A DNA stretch of 64,000 nucleotides from positions 7,399 through 71,398 of the IMG/VR virus record IMGVR_UViG_3300037264_007501; one strand, given 5' to 3'. This document shows positions 1 through 9,967 of the stretch, piece by piece. The position numbers and the translations under genes were made by a program. Under the pieces are notes generated by a model. That model made no database searches, was not told where the DNA came from, and saw nothing but the letters and a program-made list of their open reading frames with translations. Position 1 is the first letter of the stretch; each line of letters begins with the position of its first letter. The stretch comes from a virus.

Positions 1-6
1 TTTGAC

Positions 7-231
7 ATGGCCGTGAACCAGGGCGTGGGTGCGGCCATCCTGACGCTCCAGCGGGCCATGGGGGCCAAAGTGGACGGAGTCATTGGTGCGGGTACTCTTA
101 AGGCATGTCTTAGGCCGGACGCCAGGGCCCGGTTCACCGCGGCCAGGATCATGCGCTACACCAACACTAAAAACTTCAGCCGATACGGCATGGGTTGGGT
201 TACCAGGGCCGTCCAGGCCGTGTTAGACTAA
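7..231 (+). CDS. C-terminal part of endolysin (glycoside hydrolase 108-like with peptidoglycan-binding domain); truncated at window edge
   Basis: FDMAVNQGVGAAILTLQRAMGAKVDGVIGAGTL and the terminal YGMGWVTR match the GH108/PG-binding lysozyme pattern (D.AVN.G, LQ.A.G..DG.IG..T, F..GW..R). Confidence 0.8.
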   Translation: MAVNQGVGAAILTLQRAMGAKVDGVIGAGTLKACLRPDARARFTAARIMRYTNTKNFSRYGMGWVTRAVQAVLD

Positions 232-285
232 ACTGATCTTGCCGGTGGGCGGTGGCGCTGAAGCCACTATAACCGGAGACGACAC

Positions 286-582
286 ATGGATGAGATGAAG
301 CGATACGGTACAAAGTACGAAGTAGGCCAGCACGTTAAGTATGTGAATCAGTTCGGGGTTGCACAGGACGCCTTGATCACCATTTGGTGGGCCGGGCCTG
401 GGCAAACCATCCAGGACTACGTCAGTGCTACTGGGGAGCCCGGGTGTAACCTGGTCATCTGCAGCACCGACGCTGAGAAGAAGGACTCTTGCGGCCGCCA
501 GACGGAGCGAGAGACCTCGGTGGTTCACAAGACTAAGCAGGCCGCTCACGGGCGGTACTGGTGCTGGCCTGACGAACTGTAA
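286..582 (+). CDS. hypothetical protein
   Basis: GGAG RBS before ATG; 98 aa. Confidence 0.65.
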   Translation: MDEMKRYGTKYEVGQHVKYVNQFGVAQDALITIWWAGPGQTIQDYVSATGEPGCNLVICSTDAEKKDSCGRQTERETSVVHKTKQAAHGRYWCWPDEL

Positions 583-713
583 TCCATGAAACGGAACTGG
601 AGCGGGCACCGACCTGGCACCTGCATGAGTTTCGGAGTCACAGCCGACTGGCAAGGCGATGACTGAGCCCGGGTAGAGTTATGTGTCCGACTTATCCAAA
701 ACAGGAGAAAAAC

Positions 714-1022
714 ATGAAGAACCTCAGTCGGGGACTACTGTCCCTACTTTCGATACTAACCCTGGCTCTCAATGGGCCGGTCGCGAAGGCGGCGCATGCT
801 CACGACGGTGGCCAACAGGTCGCCGCGGAGGCTACCGTTCACGCCAACGCAGCCACGGTAAAAGACAGCTGTTGTGATGATTGCGACTGCTGCGAAGGTG
901 GCGAATGCACTTGCGAAGACTGCGAATGTTGCGGTGATGGTGGTTGCTGTGAAGAAGGTTCCTGCGAATGTGACGGTTGCGGTAGCCAGCAGCCTAGTGG
1001 CAAGGAGCCGTGTGACTTTTAA
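714..1022 (+). CDS. secreted Cys-rich metallothionein-like protein
   Basis: AGGAG RBS; signal-peptide-like N-terminus (MKNLSRGLLSLLSILTLALNGPVAKA); 15 Cys within a 37-residue acidic stretch. Confidence 0.6.
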   Translation: MKNLSRGLLSLLSILTLALNGPVAKAAHAHDGGQQVAAEATVHANAATVKDSCCDDCDCCEGGECTCEDCECCGDGGCCEEGSCECDGCGSQQPSGKEPCDF

Positions 1023-1296
1023 AGAATTCTGGCCGCAGTACTTGGCCCTCCATACGAAGTTTGGCACGCGGTTTTTTCACGTCCTGGGGCTTGTGACTGC
1101 GTACTCTGTCGTCTTCTCGGCGCTGGTTCACTGGCAGCTTTGGTACATAGCCGCGGCTCCCATGTTTGGATACGGTCTCGCTTTCTCCGGCCACTTCTGG
1201 GTTGAGCACAATATGCCAGCCTCATTCAAGCATCCGCTGCTGTCGTTTCTCGCCGATCATCGGATGGCTTACCTAACGCTCCGAGGGAGACTATGA
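1012..1296 (+). CDS. DUF962/Mpo1-like membrane protein
   Basis: GTG start after AAGGAG; TFKEFWPQYLALH..TRFFHVLG, GYGLAFSGHFWVEHNMPASFKHPLLSF typical of DUF962. Confidence 0.85.
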   Translation: MTFKEFWPQYLALHTKFGTRFFHVLGLVTAYSVVFSALVHWQLWYIAAAPMFGYGLAFSGHFWVEHNMPASFKHPLLSFLADHRMAYLTLRGRL

Positions 1297-1565
1297 CACT
1301 GAAGAACATCGGTACCGGCCTCGCGGCCCTGATCGCGGTCTACCTGGTGGGCTACGTTGCTCTTCACACCGAGATCAAGAGCGTTGGCTTGACAGCTTCC
1401 GTTGAGAAGGCCGTCCCTTTCGTTCACAGCGACCCGATGGCCAAGACCAAAACCTGGTGCGCCATGCAGTGCGGGGAAGTGCCCTTTCTTGGTTTCCAGT
1501 GCGGGATGGTCTGCGTGACTTGCACGGATGAATGGGGCGGCGGCTGTCAGATCACGATCTATTGA
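1293..1565 (+). CDS. membrane-anchored Cys-rich hypothetical protein
   Basis: GGGAGA RBS, N-terminal hydrophobic helix, six Cys in the C-terminal half. Confidence 0.55.
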   Translation: MTLKNIGTGLAALIAVYLVGYVALHTEIKSVGLTASVEKAVPFVHSDPMAKTKTWCAMQCGEVPFLGFQCGMVCVTCTDEWGGGCQITIY

Positions 1566-1727
1566 ACGCGGCCCTCGCCTCGGCCAGGTTCTTCACCTTC
1601 ACGGTCTTCCCGTTTCGTAAGCTCATGGTAAAGCTCGTGTCCTCGCCTGTCTCCTTGGCGATCACCTCGCGCAGCTCCTGGTACATGTGGAAGAGCTTTG
1701 ACGGGTTTGTCTCTTTGGCGAGCATCT

Positions 1728-2501
1728 CTACGAGGGGCTTTGTGCTGCCGGTTCCGCCGAGCTTTTCGAGCTTGCCAAGGCACTCGAGGATCGCCTTCTT
1801 GTAGTGTCCGCCAGCCGCTGCTCCGTTACCCGCTTCCACAGGGCCCTTCTTTCGGCCCACTCCTTTGTTTCCCATGCTGCCTTTCCGCTTCTTACGAACG
1901 GCCAGTACCTGGCCCTGTGTACGCCTATTTGGAGACCGCTTTGGTCGAGGCCCACGAACTGGTTCTCGCAAGGGTATCCTTTGTTGTCGATCCATGAGTA
2001 CTCCGGGTGCTCTTCGTGGAGACGGATCATGATCTCGTCTCGGTAAACTTTGGCTACCACACTGGCAGCCGCGATGCAGAGACTTTTGGCATCCCCTCCG
2101 CGGATGAGCTTGTGCCGTATAGGAGTCGGCAGAGTCAGCTCTCCGTCGATAAGTAAAAAATCAGGGGTCAACTGTTTCTTGCTGGCCGCGGTTGAGCAGG
2201 CCGCAATCGCCCTGAGCATGGCCAATCTGATGGCACTGTACTTACCCAGGTAGTCGATCTCTGGCGGGTAAACGGAGCCGATGCCGATTCCGAGCGCTAC
2301 CTGCCACACCACTTCTGCGTGCTGTTTTCGGTAGCGCTCGGGAATCTTTTTTGAGTCGTTGACCTCGAAGATCCTGAGGTCATGTAAATGAAGGTCTATA
2401 CGGGGTAGCACCACACAGGCGGCGACCAGAGGGCCGGCGATGTCACTGACGCCAGCTTCATCGACCCCTCCTATGTGGTCGCCTTCGCCGTAGTACATCA
2501 T
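1728..2501 (-). CDS. rnhB: ribonuclease HII-like protein
   Basis: GVDEAG..AGPLVAACVVL, NDSKK, LLIDG, GGDAKSLCIAAASVVAKVYRD, NKGYP motifs. Confidence 0.9.
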   Translation of the reverse strand: MMYYGEGDHIGGVDEAGVSDIAGPLVAACVVLPRIDLHLHDLRIFEVNDSKKIPERYRKQHAEVVWQVALGIGIGSVYPPEIDYLGKYSAIRLAMLRAIAACSTAASKKQLTPDFLLIDGELTLPTPIRHKLIRGGDAKSLCIAAASVVAKVYRDEIMIRLHEEHPEYSWIDNKGYPCENQFVGLDQSGLQIGVHRARYWPFVRSGKAAWETKEWAERRALWKRVTEQRLADTTRRRSSSALASSKSSAEPAAQSPS

Positions 2502-2511
2502 GTCCCATGTG

Positions 2512-3111
2512 TTATCCGTAAGCGCTCCCCCTTGCCATTACCAGTGCGCAGCTGCCCCAGTCCTTACCTAGGATGAGGGGCTTGTTATTGGCTGGTGACT
2601 GCTCTTGCAGCAAGTAGACCGAAGTGTATTGCAACATTTCCACCAAGGCAATTGCCAGATATCTTGGGTCCACACGAACCTCGTGCGGAAGGCCGAATGG
2701 GAAGGCCAGGTTCAGGGCTGTGTTCTGGACCATGAAGATATGCGTGGCGTTCATAGCCACCAACCCGTCCACCTTCTCCACCTCCTGGCAGAGGGTAATG
2801 AACTCCCCAAGCCACGCGTGGGGGATCTCGCAGAGGGGGCGGGTCCTCTCAAACGGTGGACGGATCATGTCCACGTCCGGGTACCGCAACCCGTGCTCGT
2901 AGGTTGTCGGTACCAGGAAACCCTCTCTGCTGACATTGTAGACGCCGTCTGGCACGTCCACGAACCTCCTTACAAGAACGTGACCATTGGTAATGTTGGC
3001 GGTCTTGTTGACGACCCTGATGACTTTGAGCTCGTCCCTTTCGCATAGAGCAAATAGCCGTGAAGTGTTGGTGAACTTGGGCATTGCCGCGCCCGATACT
3101 GCAGCGAGCAT
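2512..3111 (-). CDS. hypothetical protein
   Basis: AAGGAG RBS, 199 aa, co-directional with neighbours. Confidence 0.65.
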   Translation of the reverse strand: MLAAVSGAAMPKFTNTSRLFALCERDELKVIRVVNKTANITNGHVLVRRFVDVPDGVYNVSREGFLVPTTYEHGLRYPDVDMIRPPFERTRPLCEIPHAWLGEFITLCQEVEKVDGLVAMNATHIFMVQNTALNLAFPFGLPHEVRVDPRYLAIALVEMLQYTSVYLLQEQSPANNKPLILGKDWGSCALVMARGSAYG

Positions 3112-3120
3112 GCTATCTCC

Positions 3121-3861
3121 TTAGTGGGTGAAGGTGTTCTCAAACCACTCAGCCGTGCGACTGAGCTTGTTGATGACGCCGATCTTGGTCGCTTTTGTTT
3201 CGTGGGTGATGTGATAGGTGATCTGGTTGTACAGGTCCCAAACGGACTCGCCCGCTGGCAAGGCTTTGGCCACCTTCTCTGGGATGAGTTTGGCCTGGCT
3301 GGCCTTATACAGATACTCACTGTAAGAGTTGAGAGTCAGTAGATCCGAGGAGTACTCCCCCCATTGTTTGGTGGCCGTTACAAAGCTCGCGTATACCATG
3401 GCCGGATCCGGGAACTTGATCTCCTGCTCGCCCTGGTGGCGGTAAGAGACGTTGAAGATATCCTTCGACACCAACATGCCGTTCAGGCACTTGAGGACCA
3501 GAGCGCCGACCCGGAACTTCAGACAGCTGCTGCCGTTGTAAGCGTTATGGATATACACTCGCATGCCGACCACTTCGCCAGTTTTTACCGCAAGCGTTTT
3601 ATCGGCGTAGGTGTATTCACCGACTAGGACGGCTCCATTCTTGGCCAGTGCAAAGTTACGGGTGGGTGTGCCCAGCTGGGTGATGAAGGCCTCGGCTGCG
3701 TCGACCACTTGCTTGTGCTCAAGTAGCCGGTACCGGGTGCTGACGGTGGCGATGGGGCCTCCTGTGTCCGTACGGACGACCCCGCGGACCCTGGGCGCTT
3801 CCAGGCCGCCGCGGGTGTATAGGGGTTGGAGGTCTACGGGGAACTCGTGTGCTTGCAACAT
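3121..3861 (-). CDS. DUF932/DUF945-like phage protein
   Basis: VVRTDTG..IATVSTRYRLLEHKQV, HNAYNGSSCL, GALVLKCLNGM pattern. Confidence 0.8.
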   Translation of the reverse strand: MLQAHEFPVDLQPLYTRGGLEAPRVRGVVRTDTGGPIATVSTRYRLLEHKQVVDAAEAFITQLGTPTRNFALAKNGAVLVGEYTYADKTLAVKTGEVVGMRVYIHNAYNGSSCLKFRVGALVLKCLNGMLVSKDIFNVSYRHQGEQEIKFPDPAMVYASFVTATKQWGEYSSDLLTLNSYSEYLYKASQAKLIPEKVAKALPAGESVWDLYNQITYHITHETKATKIGVINKLSRTAEWFENTFTH

Positions 3862-3863
3862 AA

Positions 3864-4511
3864 CTACTCCCAAATCCAGACTCGGTTGAGCTCTGGGTTG
3901 CTGGCTCTACTTCTCAGAAAGGGCAGGTCATACACCTCATGTCTCTTGGCCATGATTCGTTTCTGGCCATGTGTGGCAATGTTACCGATTAGGATATACG
4001 TGACCTTGTCGACGAACTTCCACTCCTTTACTCCAAACACCGATCCTGGTGTTGGTGGCTTGTGCGGGTCCACCCACTGCGTGACCCACGACGCAAGCAC
4101 CACTTGCGGTCTGTACTTCTTGACAGCCTCAGCAGCGTCCAGCTGCTCGACATCGGCCGGGTACTTGATGACTGGCTGACCGAGGATGTCGTAGTACGCG
4201 ATCATCGCCGGCTGACACTGTATCTTTGAGTCCGTAGCGCTTATACCCAGGAGGCTCGCAAAGTCACCGTAGCCGGCGCCAATCTCGATCGTGTAGCGAT
4301 CCGCTATGCGTGCGCGCAACCAATCAATCAGCTCGGCCGTGGGTAGGCCGTAGCGGCCGTGGCGATGGCACCAGTGGCGCAGCTGCTCATTGGTGGCGAG
4401 CGCATCCAGCTCGGCCGCCGGCAGCGCTTTCATTTTACCGTTTACGAGAAGCAGCTCGTCCAGGTGGCGGGTGTCCATCCTGGGATCGAGCAGGGATTGT
4501 GGTCCCAGCAT
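3864..4511 (-). CDS. putative class I SAM-dependent methyltransferase-like protein
   Basis: Motif I-like TIEIGAGYG, followed by VEQLDAAEAV and VVLASW. Confidence 0.55.
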   Translation of the reverse strand: MLGPQSLLDPRMDTRHLDELLLVNGKMKALPAAELDALATNEQLRHWCHRHGRYGLPTAELIDWLRARIADRYTIEIGAGYGDFASLLGISATDSKIQCQPAMIAYYDILGQPVIKYPADVEQLDAAEAVKKYRPQVVLASWVTQWVDPHKPPTPGSVFGVKEWKFVDKVTYILIGNIATHGQKRIMAKRHEVYDLPFLRSRASNPELNRVWIWE

Positions 4512-4655
4512 GGGAACTCCTTTCTATGTGTTCAGCAAGCTCCCAGCCGACCGCCTTCACAGCGGCCTCCAGGGCGTGCATGGTTTTCCAAAGCCCCATA
4601 CGAGCGCACTCGTCCTTGATCAGTACGAGCTTCGTAGTCATGGGGTGTAGCTTCC

Positions 4656-4991
4656 TCATCGCTTCCTCTTCGACAGTGGCAACTCCTCATCGATCTCCCG
4701 CTTGGCCTGCGACAACCGCATGTCACGGATCATTCGACGCTTTTCGTTTTCTAGTTCGTTGAGGTCTATCTCGAAGAACTCGGCCACGAGGTCCCCCACG
4801 CTGCGGCTTATTGGCACGAAGCTTCGGCCGCGGAAGTGCCCAAACTCAATGCCTTTAGCTATCAGGAACTCCAGTATAAACTCGTGGATAGCCTGGCTCT
4901 TTTCCTGGACTTCGCGGAGGCGGTCGCACTGTGGAGTGGGGCGAGCTACCTGTACTTCTGTGTCTGGGTCGGTTAGAGCCACCTTGATCAT
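4656..4991 (-). CDS. hypothetical protein
   Basis: GGAGGAG RBS; ATGA-coupled run of small genes. Confidence 0.6.
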   Translation of the reverse strand: MIKVALTDPDTEVQVARPTPQCDRLREVQEKSQAIHEFILEFLIAKGIEFGHFRGRSFVPISRSVGDLVAEFFEIDLNELENEKRRMIRDMRLSQAKREIDEELPLSKRKR

Positions 4992-5642
4992 CTCAGCTCC
5001 TCCACTTCTTTGTGGTACTTTTCGGATACCTTAGCGGCGTCTTTCACTGTGAGGCCCTGGTTATTAAGCCACGCAGCCAGCGTAGATCGAGAGGCGCCTG
5101 CGTACATGCCAAGTCTGCGTAACAGCTTCTTATCTGGAAGACCTCCGTAACGAACTTGGTACACACGATCCAAAACGCTGCGCAACTCCTCTAGGACCAT
5201 GGTATCGACATCGTTGTACGCGAGAATTTCGGCTAATTGCTTGCGGACCTTCTTTGTCAGTTTTGTTTGCATTTGCGATTCCTTTTCTTGGCCATGATCC
5301 GGTTTAACTCTTTTCGAATGCGGTTGAACCCAACCCGTGTCCGGTACTTCTTGGCTATTAACGTGGCATCTTTTGGTGGTACGCCCCGGCGCGATAGCCA
5401 GGCAGGCAGGCCACCGTGGTACTTGCTGCCCCTCTTTAGAAGTTTTAGCAAAGCAAAGTCTGGCATCTCTTCGTACGGCGTACCGGTATATCCGTAGCGC
5501 ATTACCTTCTCCACGAACTCTTCCATCGACGTGCCCCACATCCTCATGTGAGCGTCTTTAGCCAGCGCCTTCTCCAACTGAACTCGGTGCCGTCTGGATA
5601 ATAGGCCCACTCTCTACCTCCACTATGCGGTCTCGGCGTTGC

Positions 5643-6101
5643 TTAGCGATTGAACCATACGACATGGGTGTATCTCCTATCCACTCCATTGGCCACATCC
5701 GACGGGCGGATGACCACGTTGGACATGCGCTCGGCCGTGGCGTAGTAGCCGAAACCGTCGTCGACGAAGTCGCCATCCTCTACGTTTTTGATGAAGTGCT
5801 CCAGCGTGTAGTGTGAGCACTTACCAGCACGTGGCAGCGGCTTCAGCGCGAACTCCTCTTCCAGAGTGAGCCACTTCTTTGTGGTAGCGGACCCATCTTC
5901 CTGCTTGCATGGCTGCAATGGCCTCGCCTCGCGACATCGTAACTCCGTCGGCGCAATAGTTTGTTCGTGGGACCACTTCATGAGATCGGCCACTGTTGAC
6001 GTGGACGGCAGGCACTTGGTCTGCCCAATCCAGTCGGCCACGAGCTCATCCAGGCGCGCGTGCAGCATCTTGTGCCGCTCTTTGTGTTCCTTGTAGTTCA
6101 A
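5643..6101 (-). CDS. hypothetical protein
   Basis: 152-aa ORF within the coupled small-gene run. Confidence 0.55.
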   Translation of the reverse strand: MNYKEHKERHKMLHARLDELVADWIGQTKCLPSTSTVADLMKWSHEQTIAPTELRCREARPLQPCKQEDGSATTKKWLTLEEEFALKPLPRAGKCSHYTLEHFIKNVEDGDFVDDGFGYYATAERMSNVVIRPSDVANGVDRRYTHVVWFNR

Positions 6102-6558
6102 AAGTTTCTCCTTCCAAGCTCTCTCAGCAGCACGTGCAGCACCGCCGAAGGCATTGCCATGCTGACCGCGCTAGATATCTTCATGATGTTAGATTGCCCC
6201 CGCGCAATCGCTACCAGCGCTGAAAGACAGAACCACGCCAGCGCGTGGGTGAGATATAGAAGAGTGATCTCAATTGCCATAAGTTTCCTCAAGTTACTTA
6301 TACCTAGAGTAGTGATGGTTCTTCAATTAGCTCCTCCCTTTGCCTGACAAGTTTGTCATGCTCTTTTACGATCCTCTCGGAGGTCTGAAGAATCAGTTCC
6401 GTGAAGGCGTCCTCTGCGCTGCCGTTTGGAGCCAGCGCCATGGCCCAGCCAGGCACTCGTTTGGTGCGCAGACACTTGGCGATATCTTTGAACACGCGTC
6501 TGCCGTCAAAGTTCTGTATCTGCCCGTCTTTGACGATTGGCATAGGTACCTCCTATTT

Positions 6559-6978
6559 TTATCGGAGCTGTTGCAGGACTGGCTTGTAGTCTTTGTACGG
6601 AGTGACGAGGAGGACCTTCTTGCCAGAGTCCTCTGCGTATTTGATGAGCCTCTCGGTGTTGCTGCAGGCTCTGTCGAAGAAGGCGAGCACTACGTCAGCA
6701 GTATCCACTATCTCTCGATCGCGTCTGGGCCCAGCGTTCACATCAAACTGCTTGCCGTCGGCCACTTTTATGGAAGCGTCTTTGTGTGACAGGCCGTACC
6801 AGTCGGCTACGACGTTGGTCACCTTCAACCTGAGGATAGCGGCTTCGTTGGCGGCGGCTTTGTTGACGATGCTGAACCGGCCCAGAACGAGGTGAGTCTT
6901 TTTGGGGAGACTCTTCAATACCTTCCTTACCTGACCCAGATCTGTGTAACGACTGGATCCGATAATGGCGACCTTCAC
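6559..6978 (-). CDS. SLOG-superfamily (DUF2493/YspA-like) protein
   Basis: MKVAIIGSSRYTD, AGPRRDREIVDTADVVLAFFD...T...IKYA...GK. Confidence 0.75.
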   Translation of the reverse strand: MKVAIIGSSRYTDLGQVRKVLKSLPKKTHLVLGRFSIVNKAAANEAAILRLKVTNVVADWYGLSHKDASIKVADGKQFDVNAGPRRDREIVDTADVVLAFFDRACSNTERLIKYAEDSGKKVLLVTPYKDYKPVLQQLR

Positions 6979-7219
6979 TAGCTCTCCTTTTTCCAGACCT
7001 CGAACTGCTTGTATGAGATATCTTCCTCGTTGAGTCGGTTTTGGAGGTAGTCGGAGAACCCCTCCAGATCATCTCTGTCGCTGATGGCGTTGCCGTCCGC
7101 GATCGCTGTCACACGGCAGCCGGCCAATAGACCGTCCTCCATGTGTGTATTCCAGATCGTACCCGCTTCTTCCGGATCTATCACGACCAGGTGCACGTTG
7201 ATGTCTGTCTTGTTCATGG

Positions 7220-7768
7220 TTACCCCTTCGTCCAATACGGGTGCACAGCCCCGTCCACTTCCATCGGCACATTTTTCATCCACACTTCCGCGGCCTCTTT
7301 CATGAGGCGCAGTTTCACCTCATGGAAGCTCGCAGAGTCATCTTTGTTGGTGCGCGTTACGATCTCGTCATAGATGGCGTTCACAAAGCTGGTGCGGACG
7401 CCGTTGGCTTTGCGGTGCCGGCGGATATCTGCCATGGCCTTTTTGGTGATGTCGGCGTTCACCGACTGAATCATGAAGTTGCCTCCTTCGCGTTCGATCT
7501 TGGCTATCTTTCCCTTGTACTCATCGCCCCACTTGCCGCCTTCACAAGACTCTGGGTATGGGATGATCCAGTTACGCCGGCGGCCGTTGAGGTTGGCTAG
7601 GAACCCCTCTCGCACGGCCTGGCGGCCAGCATCGCGGAGAAAGCCTACAGCCGTTGAATAGGTGGTGCAGTACTTACGGTGCAGATCGCGGGCCTCATCC
7701 ATGGTCACTGGGAAGCCGTCACCATTGAGGGCTTCGTAGAGCCCTCCTGGGCCTTGTCCATACGCAAT
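7220..7768 (-). CDS. polA: DNA polymerase family A, exon 2 (rest of motif B, motif C)
   Basis: Reads IAYGQGPGGL...GRRR...NFMIQSVNADITK...NAIYDEIV; in frame with ORF 7220..7708. Confidence 0.9.
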   Translation of the reverse strand: MAYGQGPGGLYEALNGDGFPVTMDEARDLHRKYCTTYSTAVGFLRDAGRQAVREGFLANLNGRRRNWIIPYPESCEGGKWGDEYKGKIAKIEREGGNFMIQSVNADITKKAMADIRRHRKANGVRTSFVNAIYDEIVTRTNKDDSASFHEVKLRLMKEAAEVWMKNVPMEVDGAVHPYWTKG

Positions 7769-8355
7769 CAGCTGTTCCCTGATTACTCAGGGGCTAGACT
7801 ATACCTTGTAGAACGCTAGCAAGGTTGCGTAACAGCAAAAGACTCCCAACAGCGGTGTTCGATCTGGTGGCAGCGCTTGCATAAGCACTCCAAGTTCGTC
7901 AGCTCGTTGTTGTACCTGTTCCCATCTTTGTGGTGGATTAGCAGGTGCTTTTTGCTGCTGCAACGCTCGCAGGCAGTGCGCTTCTTTAGCCTTCTGTACA
8001 CACCAATTCCACCTGTCCAATTGTTATTGCTTGGACCGGCCTGGCTGTACCCCTTTTTCACGTAGTGGTTTTTGTACCACTTTTGCATATACACTTTCTT
8101 ATGGATAGCTTGGCAGCCGACGCAGCGTTTTTGTGCTGGGCCAGTAGGTGTATATCTTTTTGAACATTGTACGCACTGTCTTCTCACGTTATACCTCGCC
8201 GTGTTTATGCCGTTGGCATACGCAGTCCGCGGGCGGTCTGTCCGCGCTGTCAGTCGTTGCACGCTTCCGCTGTTCCCAGCGGATTCGCTCAGGATTGCCC
8301 CTGAGGGGTTTCCCTGAATTGAGCGAGTTTTGATTCGGCTTGGTCGCATTAACTA
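7769..8355 (-). ncRNA. group I intron in DNA polymerase gene
   Basis: Splits motif B (KNLNFG^IAYG); exon UUCGGU pairs with intron GCCGAA giving a U-G pair at the 5' splice site; P (AAUUCAGGGAAA), Q (AAUCCUGAGC), R (GCAACGACUG) and S (AAGGUAUAGUC) elements; terminal G. Confidence 0.92.
7816..8187 (-). CDS. intron-encoded HNH homing endonuclease
   Basis: GTG after GAGGT; N-terminal CxxC...CxxC; CERC..LIHHKDGNRYNNELTNLECLCKRCHQIEH. Confidence 0.85.
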   Translation of the reverse strand: MRRQCVQCSKRYTPTGPAQKRCVGCQAIHKKVYMQKWYKNHYVKKGYSQAGPSNNNWTGGIGVYRRLKKRTACERCSSKKHLLIHHKDGNRYNNELTNLECLCKRCHQIEHRCWESFAVTQPC

Positions 8356-9630
8356 ACCGAAATTTAGATTCTTTGCTGGTGTTCGCAAGCGGCTGTTCTC
8401 GCCCTTCTTGGTTACCTCTACTCCATACAGGTCAGTGGCCACAGCGCAGTGGATATCCTCTCCTCGTTGGAAGATACCAGTCAGCTTCTTGTCCCCAGAT
8501 ATCTCGGCCAGGATCCTCGACTCACAACCAGAGTAGTCGTCGCTCTCCATGACTTCGTCTGGGTAGCAGATAAAGCAATGGCGGAAGGCGTTCTCTCTTG
8601 GGATGTTGAGCGGGTTGACGTCGCTCTCTCCAGCGGCAGGCCTCCCGGTGTCAGTTCCCATCTGCCAGAGGTTGGGGTGGATCCTACCAGTCAGCGGGTT
8701 GATGGCGTCGATGAAGGGCTGACCGTAGGTGTTGATCCGCTTCTGCAGGCTTCTCCACTTTTGGAGGGCCTGAATGAATGGTAGATCCCGCAGCTTCTTC
8801 AGAGTCTTCTTGTCGGTCTTAGTCACAGGAAGATAGCTGTCACCCTCTTTGATTTTGACCTTCATCATTCGCAGGAGAGTAACCACCTGCGATGGTGAGC
8901 CATAGTTCATGTCGACTTCGTCGAAGAGATTGACCCCAACGAAAGGTGACGCGAACACGTCCAGCTCTGACTTGGCCACAACCGCAAGACCGGTGTGCTT
9001 TTCGATCAGTGCCTGCCACGCCGGCACGTCGATGAGCATCCCGTCGAACTCCATGTCGCCAAAGGACGACACTACATCACACTCGAGCTGAAACGTGGGA
9101 ATGAGGCCAGCTGGCCGCATCTCGTCCAGCATCTTTTTGCAGAGCGGGATCATGTGCACGACGTCGTCCGCGGCGTATTGGAGCTGCTCCTTGGTGAACG
9201 CGCCCTTGTGGCCGATGAAGCTCTTCTGGAGTGTCTTGTCAGCCACGATGCCCAGACGCTCGAGGAGCACGTCCTCCAACCGGAAGCCGCGCTTCTTCTT
9301 GCCGGCGGTGAGAACCTTCTCGCCGATGAGAGTGTCTCGGATACCCTCCAGTTCGATCTGAGAGGTGCCCTTCAGCATCTTGTAGTCGAACTTGAGGTTG
9401 TGACCTACTTTGAGCACGTTTACGTTTTCCAAAAACGGACGCAGCGGCTCTATGCTGGCCGTGCGCGTATCGATAACGAACTGCTCTTCTTGCCGACCGA
9501 TCTGGAGCAGAACAACTTTGTCTTTGTGGGCATCCAGCCCGGTTGTTTCTGTGTCAACTCCCCACGACGGGAAGCGCATCAGCTCTGGCAGGATGGCAGC
9601 TACGCCACCTGATTCTGTAATGTATTTCAT
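8356..9630 (-). CDS. polA: DNA polymerase family A, exon 1 (3'-5' exonuclease, motif A, start of motif B)
   Basis: VDTETTGLD, GHNLKFD, YAADDV exonuclease motifs; TDTGR; DYSGCESRILA; DIH; RTPAKNLNFG. Confidence 0.93.
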
Positions 9631-9666
9631 TTTTATCCTCTGGTTAACTTGTACCAGATATCGGTA

Positions 9667-9906
9667 TCATTGGAGGCTTCGAATGGCTATGACCTTGGCC
9701 TTTTGCGTGTCTGTATATCTACGCTTCTCGTGCCACGGGTCACCGGGGCCAGACCGGTACACACTGCGAGAGTCATCGATCCATCTTGCCAGCGTGGCGT
9801 TGGCAATCTTTGCCACGAGCTTGTAGACGGAGTCAAAGAGGCTGCACACCGGGGACCCGTCATTGACGGAGTCATTGAAGTGGTCAGGCGTAAACTGCCA
9901 GTCCAT
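9667..9906 (-). CDS. hypothetical protein
   Basis: AGGAGG RBS. Confidence 0.55.
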   Translation of the reverse strand: MDWQFTPDHFNDSVNDGSPVCSLFDSVYKLVAKIANATLARWIDDSRSVYRSGPGDPWHEKRRYTDTQKAKVIAIRSLQ

Positions 9907-9967
9907 AACGCCTCCTGATAAATTTTTAGGGAGATGTATATATCCTAGCGTGGAACCTGGGAAGCCG

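Noticed and set aside
583-713. Possible metal-sensing riboswitch or ribozyme upstream of the Cys-rich gene
   Set aside because: Some hairpin potential, but I could not match the NiCo or hammerhead consensus; needs an Infernal search
1552-1995. ORF overlapping the RNase HII 3' end (possible frameshift or fusion)
   Set aside because: Its 3' part looks coding, but the start is ambiguous and no slippery site was evident
7816-8349. 177-aa version of the HNH ORF
   Set aside because: The upstream part runs through the intron core (P1-P7); the GTG at 8187 with a GAGGT RBS is the likelier start
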